A stretch of 51,790 nucleotides of DNA, counting the filler, from Dimargaris cristalligena (taxonomy: Eukaryota): the NCBI GenBank assembly GCA_003614675.1. It is 2 parts of 2 records of this genome, joined end to end, with 100 filler letters (N's around TTAATTAATTAA, not from the genome) between each part and the next. Parts side by side here need not be neighbours in the genome. Positions count along the whole stretch, not along the records: positions 25,961 to 51,790 come from ML002555.1; 1 more part is not named here. One strand, 5' to 3'. Below, piece by piece: positions 51,730 through 51,790 of the stretch. The position numbers and the translations under genes were made by a program. Under the pieces are notes generated by a model. That model searched no databases and was not told where the DNA came from. It saw only the letters and a list, made by a program, of their open reading frames with translations. Each line of letters begins with the position of its first letter. Position 1 is the stretch's first letter.

Positions 51730-51790
51730 TGTAAAGAACTGAAATCAAATCCTTGAAAACTGAACTTTATTTGAAAAGATAGATAATAAA
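51730..51790 (-). mobile_element. Second copy of the LTR-like terminus, truncated by the window/contig end
   Basis: 58/59 identity to 25707-25765, starting at the same TGTAAAG boundary with different flanking DNA. Confidence 0.7.

Overview
Gene-sparse eukaryotic DNA, most likely from an early-diverging fungus (inferred from the proteins, intron signals and composition). A 100-nt artificial spacer (44 N + TTAATTAATTAA + 44 N, 25861-25960) splits the window into two pieces of 25,860 and 25,830 nt that may not be adjacent in the genome. Piece 1 carries a two-exon SRF/Mcm1 MADS-box gene, an intronless tRNA-Pro(UGG), a 169-aa orphan ORF and a Gcn4/Cpc1-type bZIP gene. Piece 2 carries an Rmd1/Sif2 (DUF155) gene and a 269-aa orphan. 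Both pieces end in the same LTR-like terminus, surrounded by CpG-free DNA. The most interesting signal is the GCN4/cpc-1 5' leader. It has three AUG uORFs, and the third (Met-Ser-Ser-stop) is nested in the second and in frame with the main ORF, separated from it only by one TAA and 69 open codons. This could allow an N-terminally extended activator via readthrough or non-AUG initiation. A second signal is an apparent excess of CArG boxes upstream of and within MCM1, suggesting autoregulation. All motif counts are by eye.
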